A model generated the notes under the pieces. That model was not told the origin of the DNA. It was given only the letters and a program-made list of their open reading frames with translations, and did not search any database. DNA of 45,523 nucleotides, the filler included, from Jimgerdemannia flammicorona (taxonomy: Eukaryota): the NCBI GenBank assembly GCA_003990765.1. It is 2 parts of 2 records of this genome, joined end to end, with 100 filler letters (N's around TTAATTAATTAA, not from the genome) between each part and the next. Parts side by side here need not be neighbours in the genome. Positions count along the whole stretch, not along the records: positions 1 to 22,713 come from RBNJ01001220.1; positions 22,814 to 45,523 come from RBNJ01001221.1. One strand, given 5' to 3'. A program made the translations under genes and the position numbers. Below, one piece after another: positions 11,473 through 23,000 of this stretch (within the stretch, counting starts at the first letter, position 1; each line of letters opens with the position of its first letter).

Positions 11473-14400
11473 GTGGAGAACTTAGCAGGACCAAGTCAGC
11501 AACCAAACCAGGGTCAGCAACAGCCCTCCTCAGCAGAAAAGAAAGCCCACACTCTTGTCAGAACAGTAGCCAGGACCCTATTCAACACCAGTAGCCAGAA
11601 AACTGAATCAGAAGAAAGAAGTGACCCAGATTATGGTTTGACTTCAAGAGAAAGGAGACAACTCAGAGGACAACCAGAACTGCCCTTTCAGATCCAAGAC
11701 TTAGGCCAAGAAGAAGAAGAGGATATCTCTGAGGAGTATCAGACCCTTATCCATAGGAAGAACTCAGACAGAAGTAACTACATAACTACTGTCATTACTC
11801 AAGTTACTCCACTGGACTAGGTATACTTTGAAACATCAGAAGGAGAAGAGGACTACCATCCATATCAACCAGAGCAAGACGACAATTGGGGATCAGACTA
11901 TCAAAGGGACAAATTCAACCTATATTATTATCCAAACAGCGACACAAACCCACAACAAGGTGAACAAGACCTCACTACTTCACAACAGCAAGGGGCAGAC
12001 GAACTCACTATCAGTTATATCAGTCCACTCCCACCATCAGTTGCTCGAACTTCAGTACCCTGGTCACTTACACCTCACCACTATCATCAGTCAATCAGAA
12101 GATCTCCACTACTACCCAGGACTTCAACCCCAGCATTAATTAGAAGAATCAGATTACCCTTACCCTCACTAAGATACCACCCTCTGCCAGCACCACTAGT
12201 TCATCAAGTACTAGCACCACTACCTTCCCCATCACCCCAAGGATCTGCCAGATCCCCTACCCCTGAACAATACTCAGATAGTGAAGACAAGCCAGACATG
12301 AGCTACCTTCAGAAGTTCCATGGTGCAGACAATGAAGATATTGAGGAATTCTTTGGAGAAATTGAAGTTCAAGCAGCCGCCAAACAATGGGATGCTGTAA
12401 GAAAACTCAGAATTATGGAGTCACTCCTGAGAGGATAAGCCCTACAGAGATATAATTAAGCCAAGCAAGCTGGAGGAGGAATCCATGCAGAGGAACTGAA
12501 TGACGGCCTTCAACCTGATAGGAACCATGTAGCAAGGTACATGATTCACAAAGCCTGGCTCCATGCCCAGTTCAATGGATTCGAGTGCCAACAAGAAGCA
12601 CAGGAGGCTTTGACCTATATGAGCCAAGCTGCCAATGAAACTCCCAAGAGTTTCTACTATCGGATTCAAGCTCAAATGATCAAGGTGAACCTTCAACCAG
12701 CAGTCCAACTGGCTCTAGCCTCAACTACCTTCCTCAATGGCTTATACCCAGAACTCTGAAGGCAAGTTATCAGGATGGGATATCAAAACATTGAACAGCA
12801 AGTTGCTGGAGCACAAGGATGTTGGGAAGCAGATTATAGATCAGTATAACAAGTACAAGGCTATCATGAGCCAATCTGAGCTGAAACCCCAAGGACTCAA
12901 GAAACAACTATGGAGCAAGAGAATGCCTTCCTCAGAGCCCAGATAGCCAACTATGAGAACAGACCAGCACCCACAAATCTGACTCCATTCAGGCAACCAC
13001 AGCAGCAGCCACCATCAAGAGTCCAAGAAGATCCCATGACAATGCTCACCAAGCAAATGAAGGACCTGGCCATCACGGTTGCCCAGCTGAAGAACCAAGG
13101 TAGAAGACAACAAGACTATCATCATGATAACAGACCAGACTACCGGCAACAAGACAACAGAGGTCCTGCTCCCGCACTACCAGCTGCAACTATAGTCTCA
13201 TCAGCGACTAGTTCCTATGGTCTCACCTGCTTCAACTGCGGAAATCAAGGCCACATCCAGAGGAATTGTCCAAGGAACCAATCCACCCAGTCCAATGACA
13301 GAAATGTCAATCTCTTTCAGGTAGATGAAGAGACTCAGGAAATGGAAGAAGAAGCAGCCTGGCTCTATGGTCAAGAAGATGACATCTACCTATACTTCGA
13401 GGCTTTTTCATCCAAGGTGACATGGGAAGCTGCCCCTGCAGAGACCAGAGGATGAGGAAGACCACAAAGGAACCCCCCACCTCAACTGCCAGTAACAATA
13501 TCCACAGGCAAGCATCCACGACATGGCCATTCTTCTTCAGACACTCCACAAGAACAGGAGAAGCGAGTTAGAAGAGATACTCCTGAACCAGAAGCTGGAC
13601 CATCTAGGACAACCCCCAGCTCTTCCCCCCTGCCAGACCTTAAAGAAGATGAGCATATGAGTATAGAATCTTCAGCTGACGAAATGCCCATCAGGAATGA
13701 GAGACTACACCCCAAGGTACTAAGACACCAAAGAAGCAGCAAGCCCCATACAGCAGTCTCACTTTGGGAATATATCCACCTACAGAATGCTGGTCTTACA
13801 GTTGAGCAGGTCCTCAAGAATGTACCAGAGGTCAGGCGAAAATTCCTGAAAGAAGCCAAGGAAGATACCAAGAGACTTCCAGTCCAAGGGCCATACACTC
13901 AAGAACCTAGCACTATCCACACAGCCCATGAGAGCCAGCGACATGAACATCAATCTACAAGACTTGCCAATGGAAAAGTGCATGGTGAAAATGCCAGAAT
14001 TCTTGTTGATACTGGAGCAGTAGTATACATCATCACCCAAAGGATGTTGGAGTGAATTGGATGGGGAATAGATGAAGAAACCAAAGCAAGAGTTATCATG
14101 GCCAACGGATCAGCTTCCACACCCCTTGGACTTGTCAGAGACATCTCCATTCAAGTCAGAAAGGCCTGCCTCAATGTACCCAAAGCTGTCATGACTCCCG
14201 CAACCTCCTATGACCTGATCCTGGGAACTGACTGGTTAAGCTGAGTTGGAGCCAATGTAGATATCAAGAAACAACTCCCGGTCTTCTCCATTCATGGACA
14301 GAAGCACAAGGTGCCCATTGACTCGAAAGGATTATCCAAAAGGATGAATCAAGCCTCAGAAACAGAATGGCAAGGACATGGCAACACTCCCACTACTACT

Positions 14401-17050
14401 GAGGATGAAAGTGAGGCCAATTTCCTGCAAGAACTAGGAAGTAATTTTGATGCCCCAAGGGACCAAGAAAGCGAACAAGAAGACTCTTTCATTGGAGTTA
14501 ATGGTGTTGAAGGTCTGGAAGAAAGTATTGATAGAGCCATTAATGCAAGGGCAGCACTTGAGTTCGCAGGACCATCTGCTCAACCACCACTACCACTGGT
14601 AGAAAATCGGATCATGTGAGCCTTTTGTCAAGGCATATGTGAACATTTCATCAGCTTCCACTCACCAAGAGATGATTGCAGCAATTGCCGAATCCTGGAT
14701 CTCAAGAAGGTTCCAATGCTAGAAATTGATGACAAGGACAAATTGAAGCAAGCACTATCCCACAGCCGAATACAACCTCCAACCCCAAAGACCTTCAAGA
14801 AGACCTATAAGGGAGGACAGAAGATCCTCGCCCACCAAACATTCAAGTCCCTTACTATCGAAGGAGAAAGCAGCAGCTCTTACACAATCACCCAGGCCCT
14901 CCAGATCACACAGCCCACCTATAACAAGTATCAGAAGAGATTCCCTACCAGTAGGGAAGTCAAACAGTGAAATGAAAACTTTGTCAAGAAGGGACATTGT
15001 GATTGTGGAAAGACCTTTACCTGCCACTGGTGTGAACATTGAGATGTTCACCTTAGTGAAGATGTCTACAAGAGTTGAGTCAAGAGAAAGGATCCCACCC
15101 TGCAAGAACCTCAAATTCACTGGGCCTGTCAGAAGTACAAAGAAATCAACCATGAAGGAGATTGCAAGTTCAAGAGCAAGATCTCTATCTGGGACCTACC
15201 ATTGGAAGTTCTTGCCATCATTCGCTGGTACTGCTGCCCTCATCAAGGAAAAGAAGGTATCAATCTTGCCTTTATCCTTATAGAAGCTCTGGACCCTCTA
15301 GGAAAGACTGGATTCAATTACACAAGAAACTCAAAGACAGGAGCTTACTGGCCTTTCTTCAAACTGGAGCACATGGACTTCTCACCTACAATGGCAACAG
15401 CTGAAGCGCCATTTCTCAAAGCTCAACCAATTATCCAGGTCAAGCTGCTTTCACCCTGGGCACAGCCTCCTCTTGCACAAATAGAAGGATCAGTTGGTTA
15501 TGACCTCTGCCTCCCCTACCAAGCAAGAATCTGACCCAGAAGTACCAGGATTTTTGACCTACAGATTGCACTCACTATACCACCTGGGTATTATGGACAA
15601 TTGGCCTCAAGATCCTCATTGGCAACCAAAGGAGTCACAGTAGAAGGAGGAGTCATCGATCAGGACTACTGAGGTCCCTTGAAGGCCATTATCCACAATT
15701 CTAGTAGAACCAGCCAATTCTTCAGTCCTATAGAAGCCATCTGCCAAATCCTGTTTATCAAGACATCACAGCTGACCATCCAAGAGGTAGACCAACTAGA
15801 AGATATCAACAGAGGACAAGAAGGCTTTGGAAGCACCAATAGAAATCTACGGACACCACCTATCGAGGTTCATTTAGCAACAGTTGCTCAATTCTGACAA
15901 ATGAGACCCCACATCTGTCCCCCAATCCGAGCAAGAGAAGACATCCTCCTGCAGCCCTACCAGCAAAAAGGCCTAGATGTGCACCTACTAGTAGAAGCAA
16001 ACAACTTGATATTTGCACCATCACTGGAGCTTCAAAAGGAATACCACATCCTCCTGGCTGAAGAACGAATTCATAACCAGATGTCACCAATCCACATCCC
16101 TATCAGAAACTTGGGCTTCAAAGTGATAACTATCCCCAAGGGAACAACACTGGGATATTTTGAACCACTGATAGACACCTATGAGGAAGAAGTCTTCAAA
16201 TTCTTGGGAAATGGTAAGCCCTCTCCGGTGAGACTGACGGTACCAGGGAGGAAGACTTAGCAAATTCAGCAATCAAAGCTGTCGATATCGAGACAACTCT
16301 AATCAAGGACCAGCAACAACAGATACAGGAGTTGATAGAGGAGTACAAAGATATATTTACCACCACATATGATAACTTCCCACCATATCAATATGGAGAA
16401 CACCCTATATATCTGGAGATGCAAGACCAATCTGACAATGACCCTACCGAACACCACATCATCTGATTGAATTCGAACAACAACACATAGATGAAATGCT
16501 ACGAAATAGAGTCATCAGACCATCATCAAGCCCCTGGGCTTCACCAGCAATCATAGTACCAAAGAAAGGAGGATGGAGATTAGTTGTGGATTTCAGAAAA
16601 CTCAACAAAGTCACTACAGAAGATGCCTACCTACTGCCAAGAATTGATGACCTCATCAATGCTCTCGAAAAAGCCAAGTACATGACCACTACTGACCAGT
16701 TCCAAGGATTCCAAGTAATACCCATTGCCAAAGAAGATATCTGCAAGATGGCCTTTATCACCAGATGAGGACAGTATGAATACCTACGAATGCCCTTTAG
16801 ACTCTGCAATGTACCTGCCTCATTCCAATGAATGATGAACTATGTCTACCGGGACCTCATTGGAAGAAATGTAGAGTATATATAGATGATGTAATCATCT
16901 ACTCTGAGACATTCAAGCAGCATTTGCAAGACCTCCGTGAAGTATTCAATACCATTTGAAATTCAGGACTCAGACTCAATGCCAAGAAGTACTTCTTTGG
17001 AAAACATCAAGTCGAATATCTAGGATATATTGTCTCAGCTCAAGGACGAC
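11473..17050 (+). pseudogene. gag-pol: Gypsy gag-pol polyprotein pseudogene (single frame from gag to ~16260)
   Basis: ORF fragments at 11473, 12541, 12910, 13657, 14311, 14716, 15202, 15679 and 15901 share one frame; capsid-like KFHG..NEDIEEF (~12313), CFNCGNQGHIQRNC (~13228), ILVDTGA (~14000), RT SSSPWASP, DFRKLN, LPRIDD, YIDD (16879-16890), YLGY. Confidence 0.9.
15433..15840 (+). pseudogene. dut: trimeric dUTPase domain within Gypsy pol
   Basis: all five motifs: VGYDL, ASRSS, GVIDQDY*G, ICQI, RGQEGFGST; two internal TGA stops, the one in DY*G at the conserved Arg. Confidence 0.92.
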
Positions 17051-17129
17051 CTTTCACCAGTAACATTCGGGTGACACAAGACTCAGACAACACTTTTTAC
17101 AATGTTTTTGGTGTCCGACAACTAATAAC

Positions 17130-19044
17130 ATAGATGGCAATGATCGATCTGGTGAGCATACTGGCCAGGGGGGTGATGGCGCCTTTGGCTGGCAGCAGGT
17201 GGGGAGGAGGGGAGATGGTTTGGGGATGCCAGGGGCCTCGATGGCTAGCCGAGGCCCCAGCGGTGGAGGGAGGGGAGGTCTGCGGCAGAGAGGAGGGGAG
17301 CAGTCGACCTTTGCTGACAAGGTCAGGATGGGGAAGATAGCTTCTGGGCTGGATAGTTGGCTGGGCCTGGGGAAGGCATCAATGGCTACTGCTGGAGGTC
17401 AGGGAGGTACACCCCAGGGTACTTCTGGTGGTAGGGAAGGGGCCGGAGTAGGGGCTGGAGATGTGACTGTTGATGGGGCTGTGACTGGGGATCTGGAAAA
17501 AAATCCAGATGTGACAGCGGTTGGCAATTCGGGACTTGGAGTGGGCACGAGGCCCAGGGACCTGGTGGATGGGGTGACGGGCATGGTGTTGGCCCTGTTA
17601 CTCAAGAAGTCGAGGTCCGAATTCATGGTCACGATGTGCTTCCGGGGCTTGGCAGTGACGGTGAGGATGATTTTGGGGCTGGTGGTACAGGAGGCTAAGG
17701 GAGCGGCATCGGTGAAGTTCTTGAGGGGAAAGGAAGGGGTTGAGGTGGGGTTTGAGGAGGAGGATGCCTTATTGGCAGCCATGGAGAAGGGGGTGATGGT
17801 TGGCGGGGTTGTGGTCCCTATGGCCCGGTGTATGCGCTGGGACCCCCGGGTGGTACAGTTGACGGTGTTGGACTTCCCTATGGTGTCGAAGGAAAGGACC
17901 AGGGAGTTGGTTGTGGAGGCGATCAAGGAGTATGGCGAGATTGTGGATGTTGAGTTCAAGGTCTGGGAGGGCACGGAGCTTAGAACTGGAGACGTCGATG
18001 TCAGGGTGAGGCTGGCTGGAAAGGAGAATATGGGGAAGTCGAGGGACTGGCCAGCAGTGCTGAGGTGGGGACCGGTGGAGTATAATGGAGTATAAGGTCA
18101 CTAGGGTGAAGGGGACTCCGGAGGAGGAGGAGGACCTGTTGGAGGCTCTGGAGGATCTGGAAGGGGCAGTTGCAAGGAGGAGATTAGCCTGGACAGAGTT
18201 TGAGACTAGGACAGTGGTGGGGGAGGTGGATGGGAAGAGGGTTCAGATGGAGAAGGGGGCCTGGGAGAAGTTGCAGGGGAGGAGGATTCAGAAGGAGTTG
18301 TTGGCGAAGTTGGGCAGGGGTGGGGTTGGTGGAAGCTCCAGGGCAGGGGCTGCAGGGTTGCAGGAGAGTGCCTGGGCTGAAGGGGGAGAAATGGCCCAGG
18401 GCAGGGCTCAGATTGGAGTCGGGGAGGGGAGGGAGGATAACTTGGAGGTGGATGCTGAAATGGGAGAAGGTGGGTGCTCTCAGTATAGTGTTCTGAATGG
18501 GGCAGGAGGCGAGGATGTACCGGATGAGGAGTGGGATGAGTCAGTGAGGAGGAGCGCGCTGGTGGACCCCGAGGTGGATGGGGGATAGATTGCTCAGGGG
18601 GCGGCAGAGGCAGTAGATGAGGAGAAGTGGATGTGGAAGACCCTGGAAGGGGTAGTGGCTGAGGAGCTGGGGGGTGAGGACTTCAGGGTGATGGAGGAGA
18701 GGCATTGGGAGGAGATTCTATATGGGGAAGAGGTGCCAAGGAAGATGAGGAATGAGATCCTAGCTGTCCTCCTAGAGTCGGTTGAGTATTAGGTTGATGA
18801 TCAGCGAGAGGAGGAGCTTAGAAGGATTGTGAGTGATAGGGCACTTGTCTTGTGGAACTCGAGGAAGGGACTAGAGAAGTGGCGAGCAGTCTGCTTGGAT
18901 TACAGGGTAGATATGGAGGAGGTGGACAGGGTGGAGTGTCAGGAAATCTTGGGGGCACTGGATGCTCGGGATATTGCAGAGGGTGAATTGGAAGCTGAGT
19001 AGCTCTTGGACTTGGCAAGGGATGAGATGAGCATGGAATTATAG
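17130..19044 (+). pseudogene. LINE ORF1 (RRM-like), disrupted
   Basis: colinear with 43337-45271; start codon reads ATA; 10-bp duplication frameshift at 18076-18095; stops. Confidence 0.88.
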
Positions 19045-19075
19045 GTTGAGGTCTCTTCTACAATATCTATTCAAT

Positions 19076-22000
19076 ATGAACAGTACAACTAGGATATTCT
19101 CATTGAACATTAATGGGTTACGGGGGGAGGCTAGGAGGAAGTACATCTTTGGTTGGCTTCGGGGTCTGGATGCGGACCTCTTCTTCTTACAGGATGTTCG
19201 GTATGATGCAGATGTGGATTTACAGGACTGGACTAAGAAAAGGGGGGGTGCAGCAGTTTGGAGGGGGAAAGTGGGTATTCTTGTTTGGAAAGGGATGGGG
19301 GACATTGGGGATATTGGACATTGGGGGTCGCGGGTGGTGTGGGGAGTATGGAAGAGGCCTGGATGGGGCTTGCTGATGGTTGGGTCTTGTTACTGCCCAG
19401 CTGAGAGAGGGGAGAGAGTGGATTGGATTCACAGATTGAAAGAGGTTGGTTTATTGGGAGAAGTTGGGTTTGACTGTATGGGGGGGGACTTCAACATGGT
19501 ATGGGATAAGGAGTTGGACAGAACTGATGGAGGGAGAGGCATGCGAGGTGAAAGTAGTGGGTTGGCGGACTGGTTGGAGACAGAAAGGTTGTGTTCTTTA
19601 GTGGACTCAGAGAGATATTTTTGGGCTGATCAGCGGGTGTACACCCATTGGGCAGCAGGACTGGGCTCTAGGATTGACTGGGTTCTAACAGCAGAGTGTT
19701 GGGGAGCAGATATCTGAATGGTGCTGGGAGTTATATAGTGTCCATGGTCTGATCACTGGGGGTTGCTTGGAGGGGGGAGGTTTGGGGGAAATGAGGATGG
19801 GCCCAGACATTGGCAGCTAAATTCTTCCTTGTTGGAGGATAGGGCATTGTGGGAGGGTTGGGAAACAGAGGTGGTTGGTATTATTAGCAGGTGGCGGGAT
19901 CAAGGACTGGTGATTGGGGACCACTGGAGAAGGTTGAAGGTGAAGGCTCAGGGGTATTGGAGGGAAGCAGGGAAAGGAAAGTGTGCTCAGCAAAGGGGGC
20001 AGGTGATGTGGGCCTCACGGCATTTGGCAGTACTCATGGAGAGATGGGTGGGTGTGCTGGAGGATAGGGCCAAGACTGATTGGCATATTGCGAGGATCCG
20101 GCAGGAGGTGGAGGAGCTCAAAGGAGTGTTACAGAGGGAGGAAGAGGAGCAGTTGCAGGGGATGGTGGCCTGCTTACGCTGGCAGGGGCTTGAGGAAGGG
20201 GAGAGACCTACCAGGTTCTTGTTACGGTTATTACAAGCACGACGAACAAGGCAGCAGTGGGAGGGAGTTTTGGATGAGAATGACGAGCTGGTGGTGGGGA
20301 CTCTGGCGATTTTGGGCCTATTGTGATCCCAGTGGGGGAACCTTTGGAGTGAGGATGAAGGGGGACTGGATGCTCAGGACATTGACAGGCAGCTGGGGGA
20401 TTGGCATCCGGACCCTGTCATGGGACTGGGGGCATTGGGGGACCTGGTGAGTGGCGAGGAGATTTGCAAGGTAGTGGCTTCTACGAGTAAAGGGACAGCT
20501 CCAGGAGAGGATGGACTCCCCTGGAATTTTTGGCAGAAGATGACAGGGGTGCATGAGGTACTAGAGGAAATGATGGCCATGTGTGATGAAGTTCTTTGGT
20601 CTGGTGTCTGGATTGGGGGACAGCACTTGGGGCTGGTCGCCTTACTATATAAGAACAAGAGCAGGAGGGAGGATTGAAAGAACTGGCAGCCGATCATGCT
20701 TCTGGACATGGACCGCAAACTGGTGACGAAGATCTTGGTGCTGCAGTTGCAAGGGATTGTGCAGCAAGTGCTTGGTTTGGAGCAACGTGGGTTTGTCAGT
20801 GGTCAGTTGATTCGCGATGGGACAGCCTGGGTTCATGGAGTGATTGAAGGTGCCCGGGCTACAGGGGTGGATGGCAGATTGGTATTTCTGGACCAGGAGA
20901 AGGCTTATGATAGAGTGCGGAGAATATGGCTGGAAGGAGTGCTGAAGCAGATTGGTATCCCCCTGGGGTTCCGAGGTTCATTGATCAGACTCTTGGAGGA
21001 CAGTCAGGTGGCATTGGTCATCAATGGCCACTGGGGGGTGACCTTCCCCCTGGGCCATGGGGTGCCACAAGGGGACCCCTTGTCACCCATATTGTATGCC
21101 CTTTCCCTAGAGCTACTACTGGACAGGATTCAGCGTAAGATTGGAGGTTTGGACATTTTAGAGGTGAACTGGAAGGTGGGGGCCTTTGCTGATGACATGG
21201 TGGTCAGACTGGGTTCCTTGGGGGATATTGGGGAGTTGCAGAGGATGGTGAAATGGTATGAGCGGGGTTCTGGTGCTAAACTGAACTGGCACAAATGTGA
21301 GACGCTGGTGCTGGGCGCTGGGATTGTAGGTGGTGATGTTGTTGGGATGGTGGTTCCAGCTGGTGAACCAGTGCGCTACTTGGGGATCTACTTCTCGGTA
21401 TTCGGATCTCTTCTTCTCCGGGCATGGTGGGACCGTAAACTGCTGGAGTGGAGCGATGTCTTGATACAATGGGGAGGCCGGCATATGTCCCTTGCCGGAA
21501 GGGTGATGGTGTTGAATGTGTACTGGATGCCAAAGCTGTGGTATGTTGGATATCATTTGGATTTCCCACTGTGGGTGGTTAAGGGGTTGTTGAAGATGGC
21601 GAGGTCATGGATTTGGGGAGGGCAGTGGAGCCAGGTTGGTTGGGAGGTGCTCAAACTGCCCTTGGAAAGAGGTGGACTGGGCTTAGTGAACTTTACTAAG
21701 CGGCTTTTATGTCTGAGGGCCTGGTGACTAAGGAGGGCGAGTGAGCTTAGAGGTCGGGAGTGAGTGCCACTCATGCAGAGGTTGTGGGAGGTTCAATACT
21801 CCCCACGTAGTGGCTCCAGCGACCTGCTTGCAATGGTGGCCATGGAAGGGAGCCGGAGGATGCGGTTTACAGGCTTTTGGTGGGGAGTGGTGGATGGAGC
21901 TAGGAAAATCGGCCTTCGGTGGCGAGGTGATGAGGCTGAGGAGGTTTGGGGACTGCAGATGTGGAGATGGGATAGGCTTCTATTGGGTGGTGCTCTGGTG

Positions 22001-22713
22001 GAGGACTTTCAGCTTGGCAAGGGTCTGGAGTGCCTGCGAGGCCTAGGTGGAGACCTGTGGCCTGAAGCCTGGCAGAGGGTTGGAATCGGGGAAGAGTGGG
22101 ATTGGAATGGACTCTGGCTTTGGAGCAAAAGGGTGAGGCAGTGGCTGTCCCCAAGTTCTGGTTGGTGTAGTGGTAGATCCTATGGCGGAATGTGATGTTG
22201 AACTATTGGTCTGGTCACTTGGTGGATGGTGGGGTATTCGAGTGCGAGGATTGCTTCAATGTTGGTCAGGAGGGAGGAGTGGTACAAATACCTGAACATT
22301 GGCTTAGCAAGTGCGAGGTTTTGGGGGAGTTTTGGAGATGTATAATGGACAAGCTAGGGTTGGGGGCTGGGGGAGGGAAGGGAGGGGGGAGATGGGGAGA
22401 GCTTCACCTGTGATTAGTGGGTGGGGTCAGGGATGAATGGCTGACCCTTGGTTGGGCCTTGGCTATGTAGGTTGGATTGGCGGAGCATTGGGTGCATGTA
22501 TTTGAGGACGGGCGTCGGGTTGGGGTTAGTGAAAAGGTGGCATGGTGGGAATAGTTGCTATTGGACATTTTAAATAGCTGGTGGCAGGGTTGGGGTATGG
22601 GTGGGGGGTTCCGCAGGGGTTTGGTGCAGTGTATCTCCCAGAAGAGTGGGGGGAGGGTTCGAGTAGTGGGTGGTCAGTTGGTGCTTGGGCAGGGGGAGGT
22701 AGAGGGAGAGGGG
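19076..22713 (+). pseudogene. LINE ORF2: APE endonuclease + reverse transcriptase + C-terminal Cys/His motif, disrupted
   Basis: SLNINGL, GGDFN, SRIDW, SDH; APGEDG, QRGF, FLDQEKAYDRV, GVPQGDPLSP, FADD, YLG, GGLG; CEDC...EHWLSKC. Confidence 0.93.
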
Positions 22714-22813
22714 NNNNNNNNNNNNNNNNNNNNNNNNNNNNNNNNNNNNNNNNNNNNTTAATTAATTAANNNNNNNNNNNNNNNNNNNNNNNNNNNNNNN
22801 NNNNNNNNNNNNN
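22714..22813. other. artificial assembly gap/linker
   Basis: 44 N + TTAATTAATTAA (stops in all six frames) + 44 N = 100 nt. Confidence 0.95.
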
Positions 22814-22917
22814 AGACAAAAAAAAAGAGAGGGCAGTACTTGATGGGTGGTGGGGGAGGGGTTTGGCCTATATAGTCTAAGATCTCTTCCAATAAAAATC
22901 CACAGGACATTGAGTCC

Positions 22918-22995
<78 letters not shown>
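22814..22995 (+). mobile_element. probable LINE 3' UTR and poly(A) tail
   Basis: G-rich stretch, AATAAA at ~22890, long A run 22922-22995. Confidence 0.6.

Positions 22996-23000
<5 letters not shown>

Larger units (their letters stand above)
9173..17050 (+). mobile_element. Ty3/Gypsy LTR retrotransposon, 5' part (LTR-gag-PR-dUTPase-RT), interrupted by a LINE
   Basis: LTR end CACA followed by PBS; gag CCHC, protease LVDTGA, Gypsy RT motifs; domain order PR before RT. Left boundary is inferred. Confidence 0.88.
17051..22713 (+). mobile_element. LINE (L1/Tx1-like), copy 1, subfamily A, near full length, runs into the gap
   Basis: 5' UTR shared with the copy at ~43268; ORF1 followed by an APE-RT ORF2. 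Confidence 0.93.

Noticed and set aside
18076..18095. 10-bp tandem duplication TGGAGTATAA as a possible programmed frameshift
   Set aside because: absent from copy 4, whose ORF1 is continuous; a copy-specific lesion
22758..22769. TTAATTAATTAA island within Ns
   Set aside because: synthetic six-frame stop linker, not biological
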